IMG/VR virus record: IMGVR_UViG_3300042934_000521
Span: 1-41,172 of that record
Source: a virus
Length of the DNA stretch: 41,172 nt
Reading direction: 5' to 3' (one strand)
How positions within the stretch are numbered: the first letter of the stretch is position 1; every line of letters begins with the position of its first letter. The translations under genes were made by a program, and so were the position numbers. Positions 40,857 through 41,172 of this stretch are shown piece by piece. The notes under the pieces are model-generated. The model was not told the DNA's origin. It searched no databases and saw only the letters and a program-made list of their open reading frames with translations.

Positions 40857-41172
40857 ATGGCAACTGTCGGTGAATATCTCGCCAATGTGACAATGCGCGG
40901 AGTGGACGACGGCGTCGGCCTGGAAAACACGGTCAACAGCTTCCAGGTCACCCCGCGCGAAGGATTGCTCGAGCTTCGCGCCGGCAATCCTGGCGGACCA
41001 GGGCCGGAAGGTCCGGCCGCCTACCCGTGGAAGTGGCGCGGCGACATCGTCGACCGTGCCGCACTGGACGCATTGCGTCCAACGCTGAACATCGCACACC
41101 GAGGCTTCGCCTACCGGCTCGTCTCCGAGAACTCGGTGATGTACTGGGATGGGGAGTCCTTCTACCCGTTCG
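40857..41172 (+). CDS. Minor tail protein, N-terminal portion (ORF runs off the window end and continues at base 128 via the 127-bp overlap)
   Basis: ATG 40857. No stop through 41172 and in frame with 1..861. Absent from the track because it has no stop. GNPGGPGPEGP tract. Confidence 0.8.
   Translation, partial: MATVGEYLANVTMRGVDDGVGLENTVNSFQVTPREGLLELRAGNPGGPGPEGPAAYPWKWRGDIVDRAALDALRPTLNIAHRGFAYRLVSENSVMYWDGESFYPF
41046..41172. repeat. Terminal direct repeat copy 2 (identical to 1-127)
   Basis: Base-by-base comparison. Confidence 0.95.

Larger units (their letters stand above)
1..41172. mobile_element. Complete temperate siphovirus-type actinobacteriophage genome (unit 41,045 bp), circularly permuted in this window
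   Basis: Full set of packaging, head, tail, lysis, integration, immunity and replication modules is present. The window ends overlap by 127 identical bases. Confidence 0.9.

Overview
The window is a complete, circularly closed genome of a temperate, high-GC actinobacteriophage with siphovirus-type gene order. The unit length is 41,045 bp, because bases 1-127 are identical to 41046-41172. Taxonomy and host are inference only; no search was possible. From the probable cos region (~23.3 kb), the plus-strand order is: terS, terL, portal, ClpP-type protease/scaffold, decoration-like protein, HK97-like major capsid, head-tail connectors, major tail protein, tail assembly chaperones with a -1 frameshift, a 1375-aa tape measure with two embedded peptidoglycan-hydrolase motifs, and four minor tail genes (one split by the window ends). 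These are followed by an amidase endolysin plus three membrane proteins, then an extra tail-fibre-like pair lying after the lysis cassette. A ~3.8-kb mixed-orientation accessory island (4.68-8.43 kb) comes next. It holds three stacked small membrane peptides, two of them below the ORF-track cutoff. It also holds a divergently transcribed 54-aa excisionase-family HTH gene with paired TTAAGG-core palindromes in both promoters, and a membrane-anchored Pro/Thr-rich protein with its own promoter. It further contains a Panacea (DUF4065/SocA-like) antitoxin gene coupled to an unrecognisable 151-aa partner, preceded by a DnaA-box-like iteron array, plus a zinc-ribbon gene and one hypothetical gene. 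After the island come a tRNA-3'-end-like attP core with a terminator, a tyrosine integrase, and a CI/Cro-type switch with 14-bp operators and apparently leaderless transcripts. The early operon follows as a long chain of translationally coupled genes: Bro-N/KilAC antirepressor, NrdH, YqaJ exonuclease, a putative replication initiator with an internal ori-like element, RusA, Dam-type methyltransferase and many small Cys-rich proteins. It ends with a ~430-nt structured non-coding region ahead of the late genes, and an HNH endonuclease. The best candidate for a new system is the PanA-like gene plus unknown-toxin pair and the neighbouring self-regulated membrane-peptide cassette. All functional calls rest on motifs read from the translations and on gene order. 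No database search was run.
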